Assembly: GCA_040386535.1 (NCBI GenBank)
Contig: JAZKFH010000041.1
Span: 1 to 47,700 of the forward strand
Length of the DNA stretch: 47,700 nucleotides
Direction of reading: 5' to 3'
Source: Myxococcota bacterium
Lineage (GTDB): Bacteria > Myxococcota_A > UBA796 > SXON01
Numbering within the stretch: position 1 is the stretch's first letter; every line of letters starts with the position of its first letter. Shown here in pieces: positions 18,906 through 28,426 of the stretch. The translations under genes and the position numbers were made by a program. The notes below the pieces were generated by a model that saw only the letters and a program-made list of their open reading frames with translations, was not told where the DNA came from and made no database searches.

Positions 18906-19075
18906 GACCGCGACCCCGGAGACGGTTGGGGCTCGAGCGGCGCCGCGCCGCGGTGCCCGGGCGCGCGGGCACCCCCGGGATCGACAGGCCCGGAGCGTCG
19001 CGCCCGCCGCGGCGCCGTGGGCCTGGGCCTGGCGGCGTCGTGATACGTCCCGCCCCGAACCCGGCAAGGAGCGAC

Positions 19076-19210
19076 ATGATCGGCGATTGGCTCATGGATG
19101 CCGAGTGGTACGAGATGCTCGTGGCGGGCTACGTCCTGGCGTTCGCGGGCGGGGGAGCCCTCCTGCTGCTCAGGCGGATCGTCTACGGCACCTGGTCCCC
19201 AACGCCGTAG
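19076..19210 (+). CDS. Small (44 aa) single-TM membrane protein
   Basis: AAGGAG SD 5 nt upstream; MIGDWLMDAEWYEMLVAGYVLAFAGGGALLLLRRIVYGTWSPTP. Confidence 0.45.
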   Translation: MIGDWLMDAEWYEMLVAGYVLAFAGGGALLLLRRIVYGTWSPTP

Positions 19211-19428
19211 AGGGCGGCGGCACGTCGGTCGGCGCCGCGGCCGATCCGGACGCGTACCTCTACTACGGGAGCAGCGACCCCTCGGCGAACGACGCCGCTG
19301 GGACCGAGGAGGCGCCGGGGTCGTAGGGGCGAGCCATGGCCGCGCCGGCCGCTCCCACCCCCCTTGCACCAAATCTGCACCCTTCCCCCACGCGAGTTCC
19401 GCCGCCGCCGAGGTACACCGGGAGCGTC

Positions 19429-20922
19429 GTGCCGCTCCTCGCCAACCTCGTGCTGCTCGCCGCCTGGGTCGCCACCCACACGGGCGCGCTGGCGTGGATC
19501 GGGACGCACTACACCGACGCCGACCGGCGGCTCGAGGCGCTGCTGCTGGTGGGCGTGGCGGTGCTTGCGTGGCGACGCTTCGGCGGGCCCGTGCCGGCCG
19601 CGCGACGCCTCGTCGCCCCCGCCGCGTGGGCCCCGGCGCCGCTCGTGCTGCTCGCCGCCAGCCTGGTCGCCGAGCTCACGCTGGCCCGCTGGCTCGACCT
19701 GCACCTGGTGCGCGCATCCGCCTTCGTGCTCGGTGGCTACGCGATCGTAGGGCTGTACGCGCCGCCGGCCACGTGGCGCGCGGGGCTCCCGTGGGTCGGC
19801 CTGCTCACGCTCACCTTGCCGTTCGGCCCCTTCGCCGAGGTGTACCTGGGCTTCCCGGCGCGGCTGCTCACCGCCGATCTGGTGCGCGAGGGGCTCGACA
19901 GCCTCGGCGTCGCCAGCCTCTCGCGCGACACGATCCTCGTGCTCGACCGGCCCGGCGGCCGCGCGGCCGTGCAGGTCGACGTGCCGTGCGCCGGCGTGCG
20001 GAGCCTGTGGGCGGGCGGCGTGTTCCTGCTCGCGGCGGCGTGTGTGGAGGGGCGGCGCCTCGACCGCTGGTTCGGGGCGTCGGTCGTCGTGACCGGGGTG
20101 TTGCTCCTGGGGGCCAACACCGTCCGCGTCGCCCTCCTCGTGGTGCTCGGCGCCGTGCTCGACGCACCCGCCGTCGCCGCCGCCGTGCACGTGCCGCTCG
20201 GCCTGCTCGGATTCGCCTGGGCCACCGCGGCGGGGTGGCTCGTGCAACGCCACGGCGCCCGCGACCTCGCCGCCGCCCCCGCGCCCCCGATCGCCACAAC
20301 TCCACGCCCGGCCCTCGCCCCCCTCCTCGCGGCCGGCCTCCTCGCGCTCACGACGCTCACCCCGGCGCCGCGGTCCGCGCCGGCCCCGGCGCTCCCGTTC
20401 ACCCTCGCGCTCCCCGCCGAGCTGGTGGCGACGTCCATCGCCCCCATCGCCGCCGAGGTCCGCTACTTCGGCGCCATCGGCGTGCCGCCGCCGTCCAAGT
20501 GGCGCTTCGCGGGGGACACCACCCCCGACGGCACCCTGCTGGTCGTCCCGTCGCGCGCGTGGCGCGCCCACCACCAGCCCACCGCCTGCCTCATGGGGCA
20601 GGGCCACACGGTCGAGGGCCCGTGGACCGTCGCCATCGATCCGATGTTCGCCGTGCGTGTCGCGCGCGTGGACGGCGGCGCCGCCACCGCCGTGTGGTGG
20701 TTCCAGGCGCCCGCTCGCACGACCGAGGACCTCTCGGTGCGCACGTGGGCCGCCATCGTCGGCGACGAGGACCGCTGGGTGCTCGTCTCCCTGCTCCTCG
20801 AAGGCACGGTCACTCCCGACGCCCTCGCCCCGCTCGTCCGCGCCCTCCACGGCGCCGTCCACACCGGCCTGTCCGCCACCGTCCTCTTGGAGTCCCCATG
20901 GGCCGCGTCCGTACCCTCCTGA
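19429..20922 (+). CDS. xrtO: Exosortase O-type transpeptidase with C-terminal extension
   Basis: Multi-TM; triad VDVPCAGVRSL (Cys), ANTVRV (Arg), AVHVPLG (His); adjacent to a PEP-CTERM membrane protein. Start could be ATG 19336. Confidence 0.8.
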   Translation: MPLLANLVLLAAWVATHTGALAWIGTHYTDADRRLEALLLVGVAVLAWRRFGGPVPAARRLVAPAAWAPAPLVLLAASLVAELTLARWLDLHLVRASAFVLGGYAIVGLYAPPATWRAGLPWVGLLTLTLPFGPFAEVYLGFPARLLTADLVREGLDSLGVASLSRDTILVLDRPGGRAAVQVDVPCAGVRSLWAGGVFLLAAACVEGRRLDRWFGASVVVTGVLLLGANTVRVALLVVLGAVLDAPAVAAAVHVPLGLLGFAWATAAGWLVQRHGARDLAAAPAPPIATTPRPALAPLLAAGLLALTTLTPAPRSAPAPALPFTLALPAELVATSIAPIAAEVRYFGAIGVPPPSKWRFAGDTTPDGTLLVVPSRAWRAHHQPTACLMGQGHTVEGPWTVAIDPMFAVRVARVDGGAATAVWWFQAPARTTEDLSVRTWAAIVGDEDRWVLVSLLLEGTVTPDALAPLVRALHGAVHTGLSATVLLESPWAASVPS

Positions 20923-23735
20923 CCCACGGGTTCGCCCAGCTCCTCTTCTGGAGCTGGAACCTCCTGTTCGGCGCGATCGTCCTGGGGGAGCTGCCCGGGC
21001 TGGCGCGCGACCTCGTGAGGGAGGCGTGGCACGGCGCCCTGCCATGGGATCTCGCCGCGATCTCCCTCGTGATCCTGGCCTCGCCCTTCCTCGCCGTCGC
21101 CGCCTGGGTGCCGCTGCGCAAGGACCCGAAGAAGGTGTTCCGGCTCCTCTTCGGCATCGAGGCGCCGCTGCTCCTGGCCGGCCTCGTACGCCTGGCATTG
21201 CTGCGCGAGGTCACGCCCAGCGTGCTCTACCTGCTGCTCGTCATCGGCCTCGCCGGCTTCGTGTTGATGCTCGACCTGTACCGCAAGCGCACGGCGTCGC
21301 TCTCCCTGCCCGAGCTCGCCGGCCACGCGGTGCTGCTGGTGACCGCGGGCTGGGTGGGCGCGGTGCTGGTGTTCTACGCGCCGCCCGTGGCGGTGTTCAC
21401 GGTGCACGCCGCGGATGACCTCTTCGCGGAGTTCGCCCGCTTCCGGTGGCTCGGCAACCCCTTCCGCACCCTCATGAGCGTCGTGTTCGGGTCGTTCGCG
21501 GTGTTGACGATGTCGCTCTTCGTGGTGTTCCCCGTCGCCTTCTTCGGCATCTACCTCGGCACCTTCGCGCGGCTGTTCCGGGAGACGGCGGCGCGGGTCG
21601 GCCGCGTCCGCACCGGGTTGGCGGCGACGATCGGGGTGATCGTCACGCTCGCGCCCCTCGTGCCGCTCGACCGCCAGCCGCAGATCGAGGCGTTCGCGCG
21701 GCTCGAGGCGCCCCCCGCCGACGACGCGACCCGGCGCGCGCTCGTACACGACGTCGAGCAGCTCCGCGCGGGCCTGCTCGACGCCTACCTCGCCCGCCAC
21801 CGCTACTGGACCAGCAGCGGCGAGGCCAGCCACGTCGGCCAGATGTACAGCTACTCGCGCTCCTGGCGCACCCCGACGCAGCGCGCGGCCAACCCGCAGC
21901 CGACGTGGGGGGACAAGATCTCCGCCGGCGCCCAGGCCCGCGGCGACTACGCCCAGGGCCTGTACAACGTGCTCACCCGGCCCTTCGTGTACCAGGGCGA
22001 GAGCCTTACGGGCGACAGCCGGCGCGCCGCCGCGCTCTACGCCAACTTCTTCGACCTCCCCATCCAGAAGGGCGAGCAAGCCGCGGTGAGCCGCGCGCTG
22101 AACGCCACGTGGGACCGCTCCACCGTCGAGGCCGGGCTGCTCGACGTGAACGGCGAGAAGGTGCACCTCGCGCGCCAGGCGCTCACCGTGGCGGTCATCG
22201 GCGACCTCGCGACGGTCCAGCTCGACGAGACCTACCGCAACGAGACCCTCGATCGGCAGGAGATCTTCTACTTCTTCACGCTCCCCGAGTCCGCGGCCGT
22301 CACCGGGTTGTGGCTCTCGGACGACCCCGCGGTGCCCGAGAAGTTCCCCGGCGTCTTCGCGCCCCGCGGCGCCGCGCAGCAGGTGTACCTGGAGCAGCGC
22401 CAAGAGCGTCGGGATCCCGCGCTGTTGGAGCAGGTCGGCCCGCGCCAGTACCGCCTCCGCGCCTTCCCCATCCTGGGCCGCGCCCGCGAGGGTACCGAGG
22501 GTGCGCCGCTCACCGTGCGTCTCACGTACACGACGCCCGTGACCGCGGAGGGCGTGCCCCTCCCGCGCCTGCTGGAGCGCCGCAACATCTACTGGGACGA
22601 CCGGACCGAGCGAACGGGCATGACGATTCCCGCCGCGGGGATCCTCGATCGCCCCGTCGCCGGCGGGGATCCCTGGCTCCCCCCGTTGCACCCCGCGACC
22701 GTCGCCGTGCCACGCGCCCACCGCGTCACCGTCGGCGAGGGCGTCGTCGTGACCGCCACGCCGAACGTGGAGGCGCGGGCGGTTCCCGCGGGTCATCGCT
22801 ACGCGGTGGTGCTCGACCGCTCCTACTCCATGCGCGCACATGCCTCGGAGGCCACCGAGGCGCTCGCGTACCTGCGCGACACCGTCGGCGCGCGCAACGA
22901 CCTCGACCTGTACGTCACCGCCGGCTGGGGCGCGGGCGAGCCGGTCCGCCTCGACGCCGTCCCCGCCGATCCCGACGTGCTCTGGTACGGCAGCCTCCTG
23001 CCCGACGAGATGCTCGCGCAATACGACGTCCTGCGCGCGGACCAGCGCTACGACGCCGTCCTGCTCCTCACCGACGCCGGCACCTACGACTTCGCGGCGA
23101 CCGTCCCGCGGGGCGTCCCCGAGACCGGCGGCCCATTGTGGATGGTGCACCTCGGCGGCGCGCTCGCCCCCGCCTACGACGACGCCGTGCTCGAGGCCAT
23201 CCAGCGCAGCGGCGGCGGCGTCGCCACCTCGGTCGCCGAGGTCGTGGATCGCCTCGCCGTGTGGGACGCCCACGGCGTCGGCGTGGACGCGGTCGACGGC
23301 TACCTCTGGCGCGTGGAGGAGGGCGTCGCCGAGGGCGTCGCGGAGGCCGCCGATCCCACCTTCGCCGCCCTGGCCGCGCGCCGCTACGTGCTCCACCAGG
23401 CGCGCACCGCGGACATGGCCGATGTCGCCAGCCTCGACGCCGCCCACGCCGTCGCCAAGGCCGCGGGCGTCGTGACGCCCTACAGCTCGCTCCTCGCGCT
23501 CGTCGACGACGCCCAGCGCCAACGCCTCGCCGCGCTCGAGGCCGCCGAGGACCGCTTCACCCGCGAGGGCGAGGCCGGCGTCGAGACCCTGACCGCACCC
23601 GAGGACCTGTTCGCCGTCACCGCGGTGCCCGAGCCCGAGGAGTGGGCGCTCCTGCTGCTCGGCGGCGCCCTGCTCGTCGCGACGCAGCGGCGGCGGCTGC
23701 AGGGGGTGATGGGGCGGTGGGGGCCGGCGCGGTAG
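20898..23735 (+). CDS. TIGR02921-type PEP-CTERM integral membrane protein (TM region, VIT, vWA-like)
   Basis: LFWSWNL TM region; EIFYFFTLPESAAVTGLWL..APRGAAQQVY..RRDPALLEQVGPRQYRLRAFPI (VIT); VVLDRSYSM; VPEPEEWALLLLGG...RRR sorting signal. Confidence 0.88.
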   Translation: MGRVRTLLTHGFAQLLFWSWNLLFGAIVLGELPGLARDLVREAWHGALPWDLAAISLVILASPFLAVAAWVPLRKDPKKVFRLLFGIEAPLLLAGLVRLALLREVTPSVLYLLLVIGLAGFVLMLDLYRKRTASLSLPELAGHAVLLVTAGWVGAVLVFYAPPVAVFTVHAADDLFAEFARFRWLGNPFRTLMSVVFGSFAVLTMSLFVVFPVAFFGIYLGTFARLFRETAARVGRVRTGLAATIGVIVTLAPLVPLDRQPQIEAFARLEAPPADDATRRALVHDVEQLRAGLLDAYLARHRYWTSSGEASHVGQMYSYSRSWRTPTQRAANPQPTWGDKISAGAQARGDYAQGLYNVLTRPFVYQGESLTGDSRRAAALYANFFDLPIQKGEQAAVSRALNATWDRSTVEAGLLDVNGEKVHLARQALTVAVIGDLATVQLDETYRNETLDRQEIFYFFTLPESAAVTGLWLSDDPAVPEKFPGVFAPRGAAQQVYLEQRQERRDPALLEQVGPRQYRLRAFPILGRAREGTEGAPLTVRLTYTTPVTAEGVPLPRLLERRNIYWDDRTERTGMTIPAAGILDRPVAGGDPWLPPLHPATVAVPRAHRVTVGEGVVVTATPNVEARAVPAGHRYAVVLDRSYSMRAHASEATEALAYLRDTVGARNDLDLYVTAGWGAGEPVRLDAVPADPDVLWYGSLLPDEMLAQYDVLRADQRYDAVLLLTDAGTYDFAATVPRGVPETGGPLWMVHLGGALAPAYDDAVLEAIQRSGGGVATSVAEVVDRLAVWDAHGVGVDAVDGYLWRVEEGVAEGVAEAADPTFAALAARRYVLHQARTADMADVASLDAAHAVAKAAGVVTPYSSLLALVDDAQRQRLAALEAAEDRFTREGEAGVETLTAPEDLFAVTAVPEPEEWALLLLGGALLVATQRRRLQGVMGRWGPAR

Positions 23736-23770
23736 GAATGGCTTGCGGCGGCGGCGGTTCGTGTTGGCGG

Positions 23771-23924
23771 GGGCGCCCCCGCGCGGACGCGGGCGGGTCG
23801 GCTCCGGGCGCGCGGCTGGCGCCGCTTGGTCGGCCGGGCGGTGGGCCCTGTCCTGGGCTGGGGCTCCGACGCGCCCGGCCGGACCAGCCGCCGGGGGCGG
23901 CTGCCCTCCGCGCCCCTGGCGCGG
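23771..23924. repeat. Dispersed structured intergenic element, copy C
   Basis: Same conserved blocks as copies B and D with a different internal loop. Confidence 0.88.
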
Positions 23925-24039
23925 TCGTAGGGGTGTGCGGTGGCGCGGTGCCGGGCGAGTGGCGGCCAAGTTCGCCGATCATCCAGGATGATGTGCCCTC
24001 CATCACCCCCCGCCGCGCTATCCTCTCCGCGAGGCCGCC

Positions 24040-24738
24040 ATGACCCCTTCGATCGCCATGCTGCTCGTCGGGTGCGCGGCCGCGCCCGTTCCGGAGAAGG
24101 CGGCGGAGGACCCCCACGCGTGCGCCTCCGCCGACGAGGTGTGCGCGGCGATCGCGCAGGGCGGCTGGGAGCTCGCCCTGCCCGCGGTGGGCACTACGAC
24201 GGACACCTGGTGGCAAGACACGTGCATCGCGTCCGAGCAGGACAGCGAGTGGTACGGCCACGAGGGGGCGGTGGCGGAGGTCCGGACCGGGTTCTGGTTC
24301 GACTACATCTTCGACGGGACCGACTACACGATTCGGTACCCCGACTGCGCCTTCGTCCGGTGGACCGACTTCCCCTCCACGATCGGCAAGGGAGACGGGC
24401 TCGACGGCTTGCCGGTGGGTTGGCAATTCGCCTACGGTACCGACGCGGGGCAGGTGGAGGAGCTGCTGCTCGCCGTCGAGGCCTCCTGGCACCGCCGCCG
24501 CGGGCCCGACACGGGGACGGCGCTGTACGACACGAACTACGTCTACGACTGGCTGGCGTGGGAGGAGGACGGGCTCCACCGCTGGCGGTTCTGTCGGGTG
24601 TTCACGGACCAGTGGTCGTCCGTCTCGTCGCTCCTCTGCCACGACTACACCTACTCGCCCGAGCGGCAGTTGCTCGGGGGCGTCGAGGCGATGGGAGACG
24701 AGCTGGCGTGCACGCCCGAGCCCCCGGCGCTCCGATGA
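24040..24738 (+). CDS. Hypothetical lipoprotein (Trp/Tyr/Asp-rich)
   Basis: MTPSIAMLLVGC lipobox; strong GC3 bias; ATGA coupling to the next gene. Confidence 0.75.
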   Translation: MTPSIAMLLVGCAAAPVPEKAAEDPHACASADEVCAAIAQGGWELALPAVGTTTDTWWQDTCIASEQDSEWYGHEGAVAEVRTGFWFDYIFDGTDYTIRYPDCAFVRWTDFPSTIGKGDGLDGLPVGWQFAYGTDAGQVEELLLAVEASWHRRRGPDTGTALYDTNYVYDWLAWEEDGLHRWRFCRVFTDQWSSVSSLLCHDYTYSPERQLLGGVEAMGDELACTPEPPALR

Positions 24739-26252
24739 GATCGGTCGCGCTGATGGTGGGGCTCTGCGGATGCATCGACACCACGCTCGAAGCGGTCAAG
24801 CCCGACGCGGAAGCGGGCGTGCGCGAGCTCGAGGTCGAGCCGCCCATCCTCGACTTCGGGACGGTCGCCTCCACGGAGCCGGTCACCGGGGTGGTCACGC
24901 TCACGTCCGTCGGCGATCTGCCCGTCACGGTCTCGACGATCGAGCCGGTAGGCTCGCCCGCCTACGCGATCACCTGGGCCTCCCCCGAGCTCGTGCTCCA
25001 GCCGGGGGACAGCGCCGAGGTCATCGTCACCTACGTGCCCGAGAGCTTCGAGGACGAGGGCCAGCTGGTCGTCCGGAGTGACGCCGTCGCGTCCGACCAG
25101 GTGGTGGAGCTGATCGGCGCCGGCCCGTTCCCCGGGATCGTGATCACGCCGTCGTCGCTCTACTTCGAGAGCGAGCTGGGCGAGTCGGTTTATGAGGACT
25201 TCGTCGTCTCCAGCATCGGCGCCACGGATCTCGAGCTCTCCGACATGACCGTCCAGGGCCCCCGGTTCGTGGCCGAGGGTGCCATCCCGACGGTGCTGGC
25301 CCCCGGCGAGACCACGACCGTTCGTGTCACCTACACCCCCGAGGAGGAGGGCGAGACCGCCTCCGGCATGGTGTGGCTCACGACGAACACGCCGCTCGGC
25401 TACGCCACCGTGCCGCTCGACGCGCGCGAGGGCCGCCCGTGTATCGGCCTCGGCGAGGCGTGGGACCGCCGGCTGCTCGCCGCCCACACCGACGCGGACC
25501 ACAACGTGTTCCGCCTGGAGAGCCTCGCCACGGACGACGAGATCTGCATCGACCATTGGTACGTCTGGCTCTCCACTGAATCCCAAGACCTGGGCGCGGG
25601 CGACATGGACGCCGACTTCGGCGGCGTCTACCCCGCCGGCTCGCTCAGCCTCCTCCCGGGCGAGTCCCTCCCGTTCGACGGCGGCGGGCGCACCGGCGAG
25701 GCGTGGTACTGCCTGGAGCAGGACCAGTACACCCTGCCGAACAAGGACTATGTCTTCCTCGGCGCCCGCGTTCCGGAGCCGCTGCTCGGCTACAAACTCG
25801 CTGGGGACCAGGACGCCTCGTGGGCCTGGCAGAACCAGCACCCGGTCATGATCGCCGCGCGGGGGACCAACTTCGTCGGCCTGCCCGGCGGCGGCGGCAC
25901 CGCTCCCGTCACGATCCGCGCCCTCAACATGGGCAGCCCGAGCGGTTCGGTCGAGCTGCACGAGGCGGTCCCCGCCGGCTACTCGGCCGCCGGCTTCTCC
26001 GTCGCGCCCCTCCGCACCGAGCCCGGTGCCGACGGGTCCACGGTCTACGTCTTCGGCGCCCAGCTCTACGGGCGGGAGCCCCAGGGCACCTACGAGCAGG
26101 CGCTGTACGACGAGCTCGCGGTCACCTACACCCTCGGCATCCCCCCCTGCAGCGGCCGCCAGTACCTCCCCCCGATGGAGACCCACTGGGACGACAGCGA
26201 CGGCGTCGCCCGCACGGCCACGGCCAACCCGCTCGTCATCAACTGCGAGTAG
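24735..26252 (+). CDS. Lipoprotein with two choice-of-anchor D / ASH-type Ig-like domains
   Basis: MRSVALMVGLCGC; LEVEPPILDFGTV...TLTSVGDLPVTV...LQPGDS..V.VTY.P, repeated twice. Confidence 0.78.
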   Translation: MRSVALMVGLCGCIDTTLEAVKPDAEAGVRELEVEPPILDFGTVASTEPVTGVVTLTSVGDLPVTVSTIEPVGSPAYAITWASPELVLQPGDSAEVIVTYVPESFEDEGQLVVRSDAVASDQVVELIGAGPFPGIVITPSSLYFESELGESVYEDFVVSSIGATDLELSDMTVQGPRFVAEGAIPTVLAPGETTTVRVTYTPEEEGETASGMVWLTTNTPLGYATVPLDAREGRPCIGLGEAWDRRLLAAHTDADHNVFRLESLATDDEICIDHWYVWLSTESQDLGAGDMDADFGGVYPAGSLSLLPGESLPFDGGGRTGEAWYCLEQDQYTLPNKDYVFLGARVPEPLLGYKLAGDQDASWAWQNQHPVMIAARGTNFVGLPGGGGTAPVTIRALNMGSPSGSVELHEAVPAGYSAAGFSVAPLRTEPGADGSTVYVFGAQLYGREPQGTYEQALYDELAVTYTLGIPPCSGRQYLPPMETHWDDSDGVARTATANPLVINCE

Positions 26253-26311
26253 CGCGCGGGGAGCCCTCGCCAGTAGTGCCGCGCCCCGTTGCGACTTAGC
26301 GTTCCCGTCCC

Positions 26312-28252
26312 GTGCTGCGCCGCCTCGCCGACTCGGAGTGGACGGCCCTCGCTGTCTGCGCGCTCGCCACCGTGGTGGCGGGCCGCCCGTGGATCCTCGA
26401 CCCCGCCCTGGGCTTCACGCAGCGCGACACGGGGTTCGCCGCGGTCGGCTACGACTGGCTCCAGACCGCGCTCCTCACCGGGGCGGACCCGTGGGCGACG
26501 CCGCTCGGCTGGCCCGCGGTCGACCCGACCACGCACGTCGACTGGATGGCGGGAGAGGCGCTGATCGGGCTGCCGTTCCGCCTCGCGGGGTGGGAGCCGT
26601 TCACCAGCCACGAGGCCATCGTCGCAATCGGGTTGTTCGTGTCGGCGTGGGCGTGCCATCGGGCGGCGCGGGCGCTCACGGGCGCGGGGCCACACACGTG
26701 GGTGGCGGCGGTGGTGGGCGGGATCGGGGCCGTGCACCTCGCCCACGCCCAGCATGTGAACCTCGTGCACGACGGCGTCGCGGTCGGCGCGGCGGTGCTC
26801 GCGGGGGCGGGGCTCGTGACGCGGCGGGCGGCGTGGTGCGTCGCGGGCGGCGGGCTGGCGGGGCTCGCGGGGCACTTCGGGGCCTACATGGGCGTGCACG
26901 CGGTGCTGGTGGTCGGCGCGGTGGCCGCGGTGGCGCTCGCGAGCCGGTTGGGAGACGCGCGGAGCTGGGTCGGGCTCGGCCTCGGGGCGCTCGCGGGCGG
27001 CGCCACGCTGCTCCCCGTCGTGGCCCGCTACGCCCGCGCGGCCGACGTGCGCGGCGTCGTGATGGACGCGCGCGAGATCGCGGTCGAGTCGTGGGATCCG
27101 GCCACCACGTTCTCGCCCAACGCCGGCGCCCTGCTGCACGACCCCTTGTACGCTCCGACCTCGACGCTGGCGGCCCAGGTGGCCCTCCACCCGCCCAACC
27201 CCGGCTACGTCGCGGTGATGCTCGCCGGCCTCGGGGGCGTGGCGCTGGCGCGGTCGCGCACGCCGCTGCGGTGGGCGCCGGTGGTCGTGCTGGGGCTCGC
27301 GCTCGCGCTCGCGCTGGGGCCCGAGATCGCCTGGAACGGCGCTCCCACCGGCGTTCCCGGGCCGTACCACCTCGTCGATCTCGTGAGCGGCGGGGCGCGC
27401 CTGCGCTCCCCCGCGCGGTGGCTCGCGATCGCGCAGGCGGCGGTGGGGATCCTCGCGGCGGCGGGCCTCGCACGGATCGCGCCGCCGTCGGCCAGCGGGG
27501 CCCTGCTCGTCGGGACGCTGGCGGTCGGCCTCGCGCTCGGCGAGCTCCCCGTCGCGACCTCCAGCCCGCTCACCAGCGCCCGCATCGAGCCCGCCGCGCG
27601 CGCCCTGGCGGCGGTCGAGGGGGAGGGGGCCCTGTACGAGCGGCTGCGCGACGGCTGCACCGCGGGGGAGGCGAGCGTGTTCCGGCTCGCGACGTGGCAC
27701 GGGCGCCCGCTGGTGGCGGGCAACTACGCGCGGCCGTGGGCACCCTTGCAGCAGATGAACCGGGTGCTCGGCTCCTGGCCCTCGCCCGAGGCCGCCACGC
27801 TGCTCCGCGCCGTCGCGACCCGAGTGGTGTACGAACATCCCCCGCTGCCGCCGCTGCCGCCGCTCGCCGGCCGCTGTGACGAGGTTGACGGCCACCGCAT
27901 CTGCGCGCTCGATCCGCTCCCCGTGCCCGCCGCCCTCACGCCAACCCCGCCGACCCCCGACGCCCCCGTCGTCGCGTTGCGGTGGGCGCGCCCGCCCAAG
28001 GAGAAGCGCGTGGAGGTGTGGTGCGGCGACACCGTGCAGACCGTGCTCCCGCCGGTATGGGCGCTGGTCGCGCGCCTCCGCGGCGGGCCCCCCGACGTGG
28101 TCCTCGACCCGCCGTGCGCCACGCCGCCAACGGTGCTGGGAGTCGCCGCGGGCGCCCCGTCGTCCACCGGCGTCGTCACCGCCGCGCCCACGCCGCTCTA
28201 CGCCGTGGACACCGCCGTGTGGCCGCCCCCGCCGCCCCCGCGCCCGCGGTAG
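26312..28252 (+). CDS. Polytopic membrane protein, probable GT-C-fold glycosyltransferase-like
   Basis: About 10 TM segments, an early loop with D..F, a PY..L......LRSPARW motif and a C-terminal HGRPLVAGNY soluble domain. Confidence 0.55.
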   Translation: MLRRLADSEWTALAVCALATVVAGRPWILDPALGFTQRDTGFAAVGYDWLQTALLTGADPWATPLGWPAVDPTTHVDWMAGEALIGLPFRLAGWEPFTSHEAIVAIGLFVSAWACHRAARALTGAGPHTWVAAVVGGIGAVHLAHAQHVNLVHDGVAVGAAVLAGAGLVTRRAAWCVAGGGLAGLAGHFGAYMGVHAVLVVGAVAAVALASRLGDARSWVGLGLGALAGGATLLPVVARYARAADVRGVVMDAREIAVESWDPATTFSPNAGALLHDPLYAPTSTLAAQVALHPPNPGYVAVMLAGLGGVALARSRTPLRWAPVVVLGLALALALGPEIAWNGAPTGVPGPYHLVDLVSGGARLRSPARWLAIAQAAVGILAAAGLARIAPPSASGALLVGTLAVGLALGELPVATSSPLTSARIEPAARALAAVEGEGALYERLRDGCTAGEASVFRLATWHGRPLVAGNYARPWAPLQQMNRVLGSWPSPEAATLLRAVATRVVYEHPPLPPLPPLAGRCDEVDGHRICALDPLPVPAALTPTPPTPDAPVVALRWARPPKEKRVEVWCGDTVQTVLPPVWALVARLRGGPPDVVLDPPCATPPTVLGVAAGAPSSTGVVTAAPTPLYAVDTAVWPPPPPPRPR

Positions 28253-28426
28253 CGCCGTCGAACCGCTTGTCACCCGCGGGGATGGCACGTACAGTCCTGC
28301 ACGGAGGCACGAGCGTGCGGCGCGAAGGCACGTTCACGGTGCCGTAGCGATGCCGTAGCTTGCGGTGGACGCGGCGCGAGCAGCCTCGTGGACAGGGGGC
28401 GGGGCCGGCGCTACCATGACCGCCAC

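Noticed and set aside
19098..23735. 1545-aa ORF as a single protein
   Set aside because: The first 600 aa are an Arg/Pro-rich shadow frame over the exosortase gene; the real gene starts at ATG 20898.
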